From the IMG/VR virus record IMGVR_UViG_2061766007_000557: DNA of 64,000 nucleotides; one strand, 5' to 3'. Under the pieces are notes generated by a model. The model was not told the origin of the DNA, made no database searches, and saw only the letters and a list, made by a program, of their open reading frames with translations. Position numbers and translations under genes: made by a program. Below are positions 19,043-28,924 of this stretch, piece after piece; position 1 is the first letter of the stretch; each line of letters begins with the position of its first letter. Source of the DNA: an uncultured virus (IMG/VR IMGVR_UViG_2061766007_000557). Its lineage: Duplodnaviria > Heunggongvirae > Uroviricota > Caudoviricetes.

Positions 19043-19803
19043 ACTATTTAGATTTTTTCAAAAAAGGTGGTAAATCTGGTATCTATATTAAAAAGAAAAA
19101 TCGCGGTAAATTTACAAAATCTGCAAAAGCTGCAGGTGAGGGAGTGCAAGAACACGCACATAAGGTAATGAACGATCCTAATGCTACTCCTTTGTAGAAA
19201 AAACGCGCAAATTTTGCTATACAAGCAAAACGCTGGGCTAAGAAGCATCAAAGTGGAGGAGAACTTATAAATAAAAATAAGAAAATTCTTTTCTCTAGAG
19301 CAAAAGTAGAAACTCCTGAACAAAAATATACAATGTATATTCCTGAAGATAATACTTCTAATACATATGTAGTTCCAAGGGAAGCATATAAAGAGAATTA
19401 TGATTTAAGCGGATATACAATTCCTTCATTAACAGTTGCTCCTACAGTAGAGAAATCTGATAATAAATTACATGCTGATTTAAATGGACTTCTCTCCTTA
19501 TTTAATAAATATAACGTGCGCGTGCGCGTAACGAGTGGATATAGAGAAGGCGCTAAAACAAAACAAGGTAAAACATCATTCCATGCTTTAGGAAAAGCAA
19601 TTGATATTGTTCCAGAAGATGGAGATTTTGCAAAACTAGCACAAACTATAAAAACTAATCCAGAAATCAAATCTTATATGATGGCTAGAGGATTAGGTGT
19701 ATATGATGAAACTTCAGCAGAAACTTTGGCATTAACTGGAGGAACTGCAGCACACTATCATATAGGTCCTGATAAGATTGCATAGAAGTTCTGGACAACT
19801 TAA
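19039..19803 (+). CDS. Basic N-terminal domain fused to a peptidase M15-like domain; code 15
   Basis: IYIKKKNRGKFT..AKAAG..VQEHA..V...KKRANFA, in frame with VTSGYR..SFHALGKAID..HYHI. Confidence 0.75.
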
Positions 19804-19806
19804 CTT

Positions 19807-19840
19807 AAAAGCTGATTTTTTAAAAAAGTCAGCTTTTTTT
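19807..19840 (+). terminator. Intrinsic terminator
   Basis: AAAAGCTGA...TCAGCTTTTTTT. Confidence 0.75.
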
Positions 19841-19906
19841 GTGTTTTTATGCAAATTATTGCAGTTTTTAATCAAAAATTAACATTTTTTGCATAAATGT
19901 TTTTTA

Positions 19907-19932
19907 TTTGAGAAAAAAGTAGTATCTTTGCA
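19907..19932 (+). promoter_or_regulatory. Bacteroidetes-type promoter
   Basis: GAGAAAAAAGTAGTATCTTTGCA contains TAnnTTTG and is nearly identical to the promoter at 48990-49012. Confidence 0.7.
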
Positions 19933-19955
19933 GTGTAATTAAAAAAAGATGAAAT

Positions 19956-20156
19956 ATGTATTACGATGATTATGATGAATATGAGGATATACAAGAACTT
20001 CCTCAAGAATTGAGTTATGAATATGCTTCTAATGAAGTATTTAAACAATTAAAGAAAAAGTGGAAACACTTAAAATCTAAATTAGAACAATATGAAGATT
20101 TAAAGGATGATGTAGATGATTTTGATAAAACTATAAACTATTATATATATGAATAA
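19956..20156 (+). CDS. Acidic hypothetical protein
   Basis: 66 aa ORF after the promoter. Confidence 0.6.
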   Translation: MYYDDYDEYEDIQELPQELSYEYASNEVFKQLKKKWKHLKSKLEQYEDLKDDVDDFDKTINYYIYE

Positions 20157-20823
20157 TACAACTGTTAAGACTTTACAAGAATTAAGTAATACATTAATGC
20201 GAGACCTCACACAAGAAGAATTGAATTTAATTTTAGAAAAAGGTGTAGATTATTTTATAAGTGAGAAATTAGGAATGAATGAATCTGAATTTAACGGTTT
20301 AAAAAAGATTGAGGACATCATTTCTGCGTATTGTACTAAATCTCAAGAGGATTTTGATAAAGAACTTGACGGGGATATAGAAATACCTTATTATGCATTG
20401 AAATCTATTGTTAATGCAATGGAAGATAAAATGAAAGGAACTGCGTCTGAAGAAAAATGTTCAGAAGAAGCTACAGTAGATGTAGGTGGTAAAGCAGTTG
20501 CTTTGTGTAATCTATTAAATAAAATTCCTGAATCAGCAGATAATTGGGTAAGAGAATATGTAAAACTTGTTAAAGATCATACTTCTGTATTAGATGTTTT
20601 TAAACAAGATCAGTCTGGTTATACTGAGGACGAAAAGGTAGGGGATATTGTAGATGCTATTAAAGATGCTGTAATAGATGCTTGTATAGAGAAATTAAAA
20701 GTAGAAGGAGAAATCGAATTAGATCCTGAAATTATGTCAGAAGTTACAAGTAAGATTTGGCACTCAACAGATAATGTAAGAATTAATATAGCAAATAATA
20801 AATTAAAAGTAGAATTTAAATGA
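20149..20823 (+). CDS. Acidic hypothetical protein
   Basis: 224 aa ORF. Confidence 0.7.
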   Translation: MNNTTVKTLQELSNTLMRDLTQEELNLILEKGVDYFISEKLGMNESEFNGLKKIEDIISAYCTKSQEDFDKELDGDIEIPYYALKSIVNAMEDKMKGTASEEKCSEEATVDVGGKAVALCNLLNKIPESADNWVREYVKLVKDHTSVLDVFKQDQSGYTEDEKVGDIVDAIKDAVIDACIEKLKVEGEIELDPEIMSEVTSKIWHSTDNVRINIANNKLKVEFK

Positions 20824-21077
20824 GATTAGTTTATTTTCACACAGCGTGTTCTAGAAATGGAAATCAATTAAAAGATCTTATTATAGATTATTGTCTCGAC
20901 AATGAAATTGATTTTTCAATTTATGATTGTGATGAAGATGCAGATGTAATGAATGATTATGATGTTCATGGAATGCCTCCAGCTTTTGTAGTATTTAATG
21001 ACGCTGGTAGAAAGATAGTAACACGTAAAGGAAAATTCACAGAAGAAGATTTAAATAAGATTTTTCAGGCTCATTAA
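20820..21077 (+). CDS. Thioredoxin/glutaredoxin-fold protein with a degenerate CxxC
   Basis: LVYFHTACS, YDVHGMPPAFVVF (cis-Pro loop), RKG. Confidence 0.6.
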   Translation: MRLVYFHTACSRNGNQLKDLIIDYCLDNEIDFSIYDCDEDADVMNDYDVHGMPPAFVVFNDAGRKIVTRKGKFTEEDLNKIFQAH

Positions 21078-21093
21078 TTTGGGCCTATTTTAC

Positions 21094-21187
21094 TGCCCAG
21101 TAGCATAATGGTCATTGCACCGGTCTCTAAAACCGTTATACTCTTCTGTTGGGGGTGATGTGGGTTCGAATCCCACCTGGGCTGCCA
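21094..21187 (+). tRNA. Amber suppressor tRNA (anticodon CTA) with long variable arm
   Basis: TGCCCAG/CTGGGCT-G-CCA, anticodon arm CGGT-CTCTAAA-ACCG, variable region of about 23 nt, GTGGG-TTCGAAT-CCCAC. Confidence 0.92.
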
Positions 21188-21209
21188 AGAATATTATTAT
21201 GAACAATAT

Positions 21210-21461
21210 ATGAAAAAATATCTAGGTAAGAAATTTAAAGACAAAGAACTTAAAGAAGGAGCACTTAGAGATTTTTACAACTCTATTTCTATTTATTTAA
21301 GTAATGCTTATGACGATGATATCTATGAAATTGAAGTAGTAGAGTCAGAAGAAACAGGACAATTGTTTTCTGTAAAAATTAAATTTAAAAAAGATTCTGA
21401 GAATAAAGTAGATCATAGATATATTAATAATGGAGAAGAAGATTGGCAATTTTATATATGA
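21210..21461 (+). CDS. Hypothetical protein
   Basis: 83 aa ORF. Confidence 0.6.
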   Translation: MKKYLGKKFKDKELKEGALRDFYNSISIYLSNAYDDDIYEIEVVESEETGQLFSVKIKFKKDSENKVDHRYINNGEEDWQFYI

Positions 21462-21646
21462 ACTGTGAAGTAGAAATAGAGTATCGTTTACAAAATGTTT
21501 TAAATAAAGTAAAACGTTTAATTGAAGAATGTGAAGAAGAAGGTCTTACAAATGAGCAATATTTTATTGCATTTGAAGACGAATTAAATAAATGGTCTGT
21601 AAGAGATCATAACAAGATAGTGTTTAATACAAAATATATGGATTAA
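21443..21646 (+). CDS. Hypothetical protein
   Basis: Coupled small ORF. Confidence 0.55.
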   Translation: MAILYMNCEVEIEYRLQNVLNKVKRLIEECEEEGLTNEQYFIAFEDELNKWSVRDHNKIVFNTKYMD

Positions 21647-21936
21647 TGAAAGAATTAAAAGAAAAATTTTACAATTGGCTCGGAATGAAATTATATAATG
21701 GTTCCGATATGTTTAAGAATACAATTTATGGTATTTACTATCAATGTGTGCAAGTTCCTAATCAAAACAAGATCCATGAATTGATGGAGGAAGTTATTAA
21801 ACTAAGATCAGAAGTTAATAAATATAAGTTTAATGAACTTGTTCAATTTAAAGATGAGCAACTCCCTGTAGAACAAACGGCAGAAGTAAAAAGAAAGAGA
21901 CGTAAGTATACAAAGCATAAAGAAGTAAAAGAATGA
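21646..21936 (+). CDS. Hypothetical protein
   Basis: 96 aa coupled ORF. Confidence 0.6.
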   Translation: MKELKEKFYNWLGMKLYNGSDMFKNTIYGIYYQCVQVPNQNKIHELMEEVIKLRSEVNKYKFNELVQFKDEQLPVEQTAEVKRKRRKYTKHKEVKE

Positions 21937-22373
21937 AATACTTTGTAAAAAGAGAATTTGAAAAATCTGAAACTGCTGATAAATTCAAAATAGACAATAC
22001 AATTCCAGAAGAATTAATGCCCGGACTTGAAGAATTTGTAGATAATATTCTAGATCCTTTACGTGAAGCTTGGGGAACTGGTTTAAAGATAAATTCTGGG
22101 TATAGATCTCCAGAATTAAATAAAGTAGTTAAAGGTAGTACTACTTCTAGTCATTCAATAGCAATGGCCGCAGATTTATGGCCACTTGGTAGAGACTTTG
22201 ATAGATTTAAAGAATTTGTTAGAGATTTTTTATATGCTAGAGCATTTGACCAGTGCATTATAGAATATTCTGGAGAAAAGAGATGGGTGCATATAGGATA
22301 TAAAAATAGAAAAGGAGAGCAAAGAAAACAATATTTAATTTATAAAGATGGTAAATATTTTAATTGGGAATAA
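21933..22373 (+). CDS. Peptidase M15A-family endolysin
   Basis: LDPLREAWG..INSGYRSPELN..V.GS.TSSH...AAD..WVHI. Confidence 0.88.
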   Translation: MKYFVKREFEKSETADKFKIDNTIPEELMPGLEEFVDNILDPLREAWGTGLKINSGYRSPELNKVVKGSTTSSHSIAMAADLWPLGRDFDRFKEFVRDFLYARAFDQCIIEYSGEKRWVHIGYKNRKGEQRKQYLIYKDGKYFNWE

Positions 22374-22376
22374 ATT

Positions 22377-22640
22377 ATGGAAAATGAACAAATGAACCAA
22401 CAGCCTACATACGAGCAAATTGTTCAGGCTTATAATCAATTAGCAGCAGAAAATCAATAGTTAAGAATTGAATTGAACTCTTTAAGAAATGATAAGACTT
22501 TAGAAAGAATGGAATCTTTAGTCAAACTTATAGATAAATTCAATTTATATACAGAAAGTGATCCGAAATTAGCGAAGATTGTAAATAATGCAAAATGGCA
22601 TCTTAATGAAATTTTGGCAAAACCTAAGAAAAGCAATTAA
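22377..22640 (+). CDS. Coiled-coil hypothetical protein; code 15
   Basis: ATG 22377 to TAA 22640 with one in-frame TAG. Confidence 0.6.
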
Positions 22641-22704
22641 ACTGTAATTAAAAGTTAGGATTAAACAAAAATATATAAAAGATTTATAATTTTTAAATTA
22701 AATG

Positions 22705-22740
22705 AAGCGTAGAGTCTAAAATTAAGATTCTGCGCTTTTT
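22705..22740 (+). terminator. Intrinsic terminator
   Basis: AAGCGTAGAGTCT...AGATTCTGCGCTTTTT. Confidence 0.7.
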
Positions 22741-22795
22741 ATTTTTTTATATACTAAAAAATTACTATTTTTGTACGATTAATGGATAAATATGT

Positions 22796-23605
22796 ATGGA
22801 AAAAATAACTATTGGTACAACGACAATGTTGTCATAGTATAGAATCTTTGATAAATAGTTTTGGCTATCATATAAAACTCTTGAAAAACTTCATCCTAGA
22901 TTCGACGAAATTAGAATGGCTTTATTAAGAGCAAAAAGAGTTGATAATTATCTTTCAGAAGTAGATTAGCAAGAATATTTAACAGAAAGAGCTTTACTTG
23001 ACGAAGAATGGAAATAGAAAAGCTTAGAAGCTAGACAAGCTGGAACTGCTTTACATGAATAGATTCATAATATGCTCGTTACTGATCTTCCTGGTTGTAA
23101 ACAATGTTTTGGTATTCCTACAGACTTATATCAAGTAATACAAAAAGATAAATTTGAAAATTCTGATGGATTATTTCCTGAATTTAGAATGGAAGTGGAT
23201 CTTGACGAAGAATATAAACTTGTTGGTATTGCTGATTTGATTATTAAGTCTGGAAACAAAGTTAGAATTATTGATTATAAATCTAATGAGAAAATAGAAT
23301 AGCATGCATATTTTGACATGTCTAAAGGAAAGAAAAAGCATTTAAAATTTCCACTAACTAATTGTGAAGATTGCGATCTTGTTAATTATCAATTATAGTT
23401 ATCTGTATATGCTTGGATGGTTAAATAGATATGGCCAGATATGATAATTGAATCTTTAGAAATTTATCATATTAAAGATGGAAAATTAAAAAAGATTTAT
23501 CCTGTTGAATTTCTAGAGAAAGAAATAAACACTCTAATTAAATGGCATATCAAAGCATTGAAACTAAAGAAAGCCACAGATGCTTGCAAATTAATAGAAT
23601 ACTAA
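22796..23605 (+). CDS. PD-(D/E)XK (RecB/Cas4-like) nuclease; code 15
   Basis: GTALHE, VGIADLII, IIDYKS and YQL*LSVYAW, where TAG occupies the conserved Gln of the QxxxY motif. Confidence 0.85.
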
Positions 23606-24141
23606 TGAAAGAGTTTTTAAAAAAGTACTGGAGATATATTCTAATGTGTATTATAGGATTCATTGTGGGGATTTTAATCAACATTCCTTCTTGTAATCCT
23701 CCAGAACCAGAAATAAAATATATTCCCGTACATGACACAATAACAATAAAAAAGGATTCGATCATTTGTAAAACTAAACCAGTAAATGTTTATTTTCATG
23801 ATACGATTTATATAAATAAATCTGGCGATACTATAAAGTTAGATGATCTACCTATTACTGAATATAAATATCAAGATACTGTTAAAACAGATTCTACATC
23901 AACAGAAATAATGATTAATTATCACGGGTTTGATGCTGGAATTGATAGTATAAGTTTAATTCACAATTATTTTAGTAAACAAGAAACTATAGTAAAAGAA
24001 CCTAAACGTGTAGGTTTAGTATGGGCTATAGGTCCTTCATTAGGATATTCTGTTACAGTGAATCCTATGAACGGACAAATGAATCACGGTTTTAGTGCTG
24101 GAGTTACATTAACTCTAGGAATTGGTGGAATAATTAAATAA
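23605..24141 (+). CDS. Membrane-anchored protein (possible spanin-like lysis accessory)
   Basis: N-terminal TM, repeated HDTI/DTV motifs, beta-rich C-terminus. Confidence 0.6.
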   Translation: MKEFLKKYWRYILMCIIGFIVGILINIPSCNPPEPEIKYIPVHDTITIKKDSIICKTKPVNVYFHDTIYINKSGDTIKLDDLPITEYKYQDTVKTDSTSTEIMINYHGFDAGIDSISLIHNYFSKQETIVKEPKRVGLVWAIGPSLGYSVTVNPMNGQMNHGFSAGVTLTLGIGGIIK

Positions 24142-24151
24142 TATATATATA

Positions 24152-25192
24152 ATGAGAAAAACAACTTATTTAAATAGCGAAGGAAAAGTAATTCCTGCAT
24201 ATGTTTCACTAGAATCAGCTACTCCTTCAGATACTACTGTATTAGTACGCCCTGATGTTGCTGGTGCTACTGATCATATTATAAAATGGCCAGCAGGAGG
24301 AAGTAAAACTCAACCAAAAGTATAGTATTATAAAAAAGCAGTAGGATTAGTCGATGACGAAAATTTTGCTGATTATTGGTTAAGAGCTGGATAGGAAGCA
24401 TGGCATAATGCAAATTCTGGATAGCAAAACAAACCACAAACTCGTTAGTTAATTAAAAAAGGATTACAATATCTTGGAGAATAGTCGCCTATATTACATG
24501 GAGCAAGAGTAAGTTCTCCGGCAGTAACAGATATTGAATTAGAGAAAAATCCACAAGCAAGAAAAGATAAAGCAGGAATCTACGCAATGCAAGATTTATT
24601 ATATCCTGTTACATCTACACTTGGCCCAGAAGTAATGTTTCCTAGATTACTTGTTCCATCAGCAGTTCCATTAAATTTAATTGAAAAAAAGAAACCTGAA
24701 GAAAAAGCCGATGGTGGTAAAGTTCAGAAAGATCAAAATGGAACAATATTGAAACGAAATTTTGCTAGATATGGTGATAATGGAGATTTTAATGAATTTA
24801 TGTTTTCTGGAAATACACCGTTTGGAAAAGTAATTAATGAATTTATACATCCTGTATATAAAGATACTACTAATACATATACAGATAGACGTGGTTATAA
24901 TTGGTCAGACGGATCAGATTCTGATATAGGAAGATATATTAATAATAACGATACTATTTATTGGGAAGGAAAATATATAACTAATAATAATAAATTCGGA
25001 GTTAGTCCAGATCAATAGAAATCTAAATCTAAGTTTGTTGATTTGTTAAGATATAATACTACAGGAGCTATATATAATCAGAATGATAAAAATACTTTAA
25101 CTCGCCTTCGTTTGGAAAATAAAAAACAACACGGTGGTCGTCTAATGCGTCAAGATGGTAGAATTATAGAAGTACCTTTTGAAAATAAATAA
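24152..25192 (+). CDS. Hypothetical protein with GG motifs; code 15
   Basis: ATG 24152 in frame with ORF 24587-25018, TAA at 25190; KADGGKV and KQHGGRL. Confidence 0.65.
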
Positions 25193-25194
25193 AT

Positions 25195-25479
25195 ATGTTT
25201 GGAATTAGTAATTGGCAACAAGTAAAGGATATTGCTGAAGGATGGACGAATTATGCTCTCGATAGAGAAAAAGATTTGTCTGAAAAAAGAATGAAAATTT
25301 GTATAGAATGTCCTTTATATAATAATGATAATGATCGATGTGATGCCAGTAGATGTATAAATATAAAAACTGGTGAAAAGGCAATGGGACCTGGCAAAGA
25401 TATAGTTTGCGGCTGTAATTGTTTTATGAAAAAAGCCAGTCGATCAATAAATAAAAAATGTGTATTGGGTAAATGGTAA
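25195..25479 (+). CDS. Small Cys-rich (Zn-binding) protein
   Basis: RMKICIECPL..C..CGC.C..K..C.LGKW. Confidence 0.7.
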   Translation: MFGISNWQQVKDIAEGWTNYALDREKDLSEKRMKICIECPLYNNDNDRCDASRCINIKTGEKAMGPGKDIVCGCNCFMKKASRSINKKCVLGKW

Positions 25480-26474
25480 AAGAAGAAATAAAAACTTTTA
25501 TAGGGTATATTTACAAAATAACAAATACTGCTAATGGAAAAGTTTATATAGGACAAACAAGAAGAACTGTATAGAAAAGATTTAAATAGCACTTAAGTTC
25601 TGCTTTTAGAGAATCAAGCAATTGTTATTTTACTCATTTATCTAAAGCTATTAGACAATACGGTACAGAGAATTTTATTGTAGAAGTAATAAAAGAAATA
25701 ACAGCAACAACTGTAGGAAAACTTTGTAAAGTTTTAGATGAAGAAGAGATTTTCTATATAGAGGAATATAATTCAACAAACCATAAACTTGGATATAATA
25801 ATTTAAAAGGAGGATAGTTAAACAGATCTTCTGAAGAAATTCTTAATTATAAGAATACATTGAATATTATACACGTTGGGTGCTGTGTTCCAGGATGTAA
25901 TGGAGTACATTTAGCAAACGGATATTGTCAGAAACACTATAACCAAATTTATTCACACGGACGTATTTTAGAAAGAACAGTTTTAGATAGAAACGAGTTT
26001 ATATTTTACGATAATTATGCAGAGATAATTTTATATAATAAAAACTGTCAAGAAATTGCAAGAACTAAAATAGATTTAGATGATGTTCCTAGAGTAAAAG
26101 AAATTAAATGGGGATATCATTCTGGAGTAAGAGGTAAAAGTGTTGTAGCACAAAAACCACATGTTGTTCTCCACAATTATCTTTTAAACCATACAGATAA
26201 GTCTACTGTAGTAATGCATAAAAACGGTGATAACTTAGATAACAGAAAAGCTAATCTGTTTGTAGTTACTCAGTAGGAAAAACAATAGAATAATAAAATT
26301 TCTAAAAATAACAAATCTGGTGTTTCTGGAGTTTGGTGGTGTAAAGAAAGAAATAAATGGCAAGCTTAGATAACAATAAATAACAAAACAAAATCTTTAG
26401 GCAGATTTAATACTTTGGAAAAAGCAATTGCTGCTAGAAAAACTGCAGAAAAAATATATTATAAAAAATTTTAA
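25473..26474 (+). CDS. GIY-YIG + HNH + AP2 homing-endonuclease-like fusion; code 15
   Basis: GYIYKITN..NGKVYIGQT; CCVPGC..GYCQKHY; VMHKNGDNLDNRKANL; NNKSGVSGV.W.KERNKW.A*I...LGRF...AIAARK.AE. Confidence 0.8.
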
Positions 26475-26480
26475 TGTAAC

Positions 26481-27932
26481 ATGAATTATGCTAATGTCAA
26501 ATTTGGCGATGAAGGTAGAGAAAAAATTATAAAAGGAGTAAACCTTATCGCAGATGCTGTTGAAAAAACATTTGGCCCTAATGGCAAGAATGTATGTATT
26601 AAATATCCAACAGGAGTAAAAATAACAAAAGATGGAGCAACTGTAGCCTCAGCTGTTAATGATTCGGACCCTTATGTTTCTATGGGTATAGAAATAATGA
26701 GAGATATTTCTGTAAAAACTGCACAGACTATTGGCGATGGCTCTACAACTAGTTTAGTACTTTCAAGAGCATTAGTTAATAAATATAAAGATGCTAAAAA
26801 TCCAATAGAATTGTCTAGGCAATTAAATGAAGATTGCCAAAGAGTGATTGATTGGTTAAAACAATATAAAAAAGAAGTCACAACTAAAGAAGATCTTCTT
26901 AAAGTTGCTACTTTATCTGCTAATAATGATCCTGTTCTTGGTGAATTAATAGCAGAAGCATTTAATAGAGTAGGGAAAGACGGATTAGTTCAATTTGTTG
27001 AATCTGAGGACGTGAATGATGTAGTCGAATATACGGAAGGATTTAGAATTGAATCTGGATTTTCTTCACCTTACTTTGTTAATACATTCAAAGGAACCTG
27101 TGAATTAGAAGATGTAATGATTTATATATCTGATACAAAAATGTCAGAAGTAAAGAAAGTACAAGAAATCGCAGGAAGAGCATTAGTAGCAAATAAATCT
27201 TTGTTACTAATTGCTCCAGACTTTGATTCTGAGATTATTATTTTCCTTTCTAGAAATTTATACGATAAAGAAGGAAATGATAAACTTAAATCATGTACTG
27301 TTAAAAGTCCAGATACTAGATCATATAGAGAAATGATCATGGAAGACATAAAAGTGTTACTTGGTGATGACCTACATTGTGATAAAGTGATTATTACACA
27401 AGATAATACAACATTTATTGGATATAACAGTAATAAAGACAAATTAGAATCTCGTGTTAAATCGATTAGAGAAACTATTAATGAATGTGCTCTGTCGGAA
27501 TATGAGATGGAATTTCATAAAAAAAGACTTGCAAATTTTACATCAGGAATTGCTACAATTCATGTTGGCGGTTATTCTCAAGTAGAAATTAAAGAAAAGA
27601 AAGATCGTGTTGAAGATGCTGTAATGGCAACACGTGCTGCTTTAAATAGTGGTATACTTCCAGGATCCGGTTCTATTTGGAGAGTACCTAAAGATATTGC
27701 TGGAGGTTTATATGATATATTACAAATCCCATTCAATCTTTTGAGTGAAGGAAAACCATTAAATGTAGACAATATATTCTGGAATGGATATAACTTCAAA
27801 ACTTGGAAATATGGTGATTTATATGAAATGGGTATTGTAGAACCATTTAGCGTAACTGAAAATTGTTTATTAAATGCTGTAAGTACAGCGAGTCTTATTT
27901 TAACTTGTGATTGTTTAATATTAAAAAATTGA
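26481..27932 (+). CDS. groL: Divergent phage chaperonin (GroEL/Cpn60)
   Basis: TFGPNGKNV, ITKDGATVA, GDGSTTS, EKKDRVEDAVMATRAA; 483 aa with no GGM tail. Confidence 0.92.
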   Translation: MNYANVKFGDEGREKIIKGVNLIADAVEKTFGPNGKNVCIKYPTGVKITKDGATVASAVNDSDPYVSMGIEIMRDISVKTAQTIGDGSTTSLVLSRALVNKYKDAKNPIELSRQLNEDCQRVIDWLKQYKKEVTTKEDLLKVATLSANNDPVLGELIAEAFNRVGKDGLVQFVESEDVNDVVEYTEGFRIESGFSSPYFVNTFKGTCELEDVMIYISDTKMSEVKKVQEIAGRALVANKSLLLIAPDFDSEIIIFLSRNLYDKEGNDKLKSCTVKSPDTRSYREMIMEDIKVLLGDDLHCDKVIITQDNTTFIGYNSNKDKLESRVKSIRETINECALSEYEMEFHKKRLANFTSGIATIHVGGYSQVEIKEKKDRVEDAVMATRAALNSGILPGSGSIWRVPKDIAGGLYDILQIPFNLLSEGKPLNVDNIFWNGYNFKTWKYGDLYEMGIVEPFSVTENCLLNAVSTASLILTCDCLILKN

Positions 27933-27938
27933 TGACTT

Positions 27939-28280
27939 ATGAAAAATGAAATTATGCCGTTGTTTAACAACATTATGATCTTGCCTTATGAAGAGAATCC
28001 TTATCGTATTAAAGAAACTAAAGAAGGATTGACATTAACAGATGGTACATTCGAGAATCCTGATACTGGAGAATTAGATGAAAAAGATTTCTTTATCGAA
28101 TGTGGACATGTAATTGCTGTTGGTCCTGAATGCAAATACGTACATGAAGGAGACGATATATTTTACGATTGCAGAACTATTAGACCTGTTCCATTTTTAA
28201 ATAAAGGATTTTTACATATGAATGAGCAAGGTGTAGTAGCAGTAATGAATAATGATTTAGAAGAAAGATTTAAAAAGTAA
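27939..28280 (+). CDS. groS: Co-chaperonin (GroES/Cpn10-like)
   Basis: IMPLFNNIMI..TKEGL.L..GHVIAVGPECKYVHEGD..MNEQGVVAV, adjacent to groL. Confidence 0.8.
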   Translation: MKNEIMPLFNNIMILPYEENPYRIKETKEGLTLTDGTFENPDTGELDEKDFFIECGHVIAVGPECKYVHEGDDIFYDCRTIRPVPFLNKGFLHMNEQGVVAVMNNDLEERFKK

Positions 28281-28281
28281 T

Positions 28282-28506
28282 ATGGAACAGGAAGATAAAT
28301 TTTATTTCGTACCAGGAATGGTTGTTACTTTGAAACAAGATATTCCTAATAAACCGATTATGATTGTAGACCGTAAGAAATCTATGACAATTCGTGATGG
28401 AAATGATTCTAGTAAAATACTTCAAGGAATTGTTTGTAGATGGTTTACAAATGACGGATTTATTCAGGAAGCAACATTCAATACAAAAGATTTGTAGACA
28501 ATATGA
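28282..28506 (+). CDS. YodC/DUF2158-like small protein
   Basis: F.PGMVVTLK...P.M.V...CRWF......F....L; the TAG at 28495 probably reads through to TGA. Confidence 0.6.
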
Positions 28507-28922
28507 GATTTATTGAATCACAACAATCAACTGAACAAGATCCAATGAAACAGTTGGAGCAACTTGTTGAATTAGCTATTAGTGGCAATGATGATGCAAA
28601 AGCACAACTTGATGAAATGATGGCTGCTGCTGAAAAAAGAAATCCGCAAGAAGCTCAAAAACTTGCCAGAATTATTGAGAAAATAGCACAAAAATTCCAA
28701 GGACAAACTACTATGGCTAGACAAGGTACTAAAATTGAGGAAAAACCACAAGACGAAAAAATTAAATATCTTAAAGGTCTTAAATGTGGAGGAAAAGCTA
28801 AAAAACCAAAAAAAGCAGAAAAAGGTTTTAAAGCAACTTGTGGTTGTAAATTAAAAAGAATTGGTGGAGTAATCATGGAAGTTGATGCTTGCACTGAATT
28901 ACCGATTGATAAAAAGAAATAA
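28503..28922 (+). CDS. Hypothetical protein with basic GG-motif C-terminus
   Basis: MARQGTKI, LKCGGKA. Confidence 0.65.
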   Translation: MRFIESQQSTEQDPMKQLEQLVELAISGNDDAKAQLDEMMAAAEKRNPQEAQKLARIIEKIAQKFQGQTTMARQGTKIEEKPQDEKIKYLKGLKCGGKAKKPKKAEKGFKATCGCKLKRIGGVIMEVDACTELPIDKKK

Positions 28923-28924
28923 AG

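Noticed and set aside
21188..21260. Theta (HDV-like) ribozyme downstream of the suppressor tRNA
   Set aside because: The tRNA has an encoded CCA and is followed by AT-rich sequence and an ORF; no nested pseudoknot pattern is visible.
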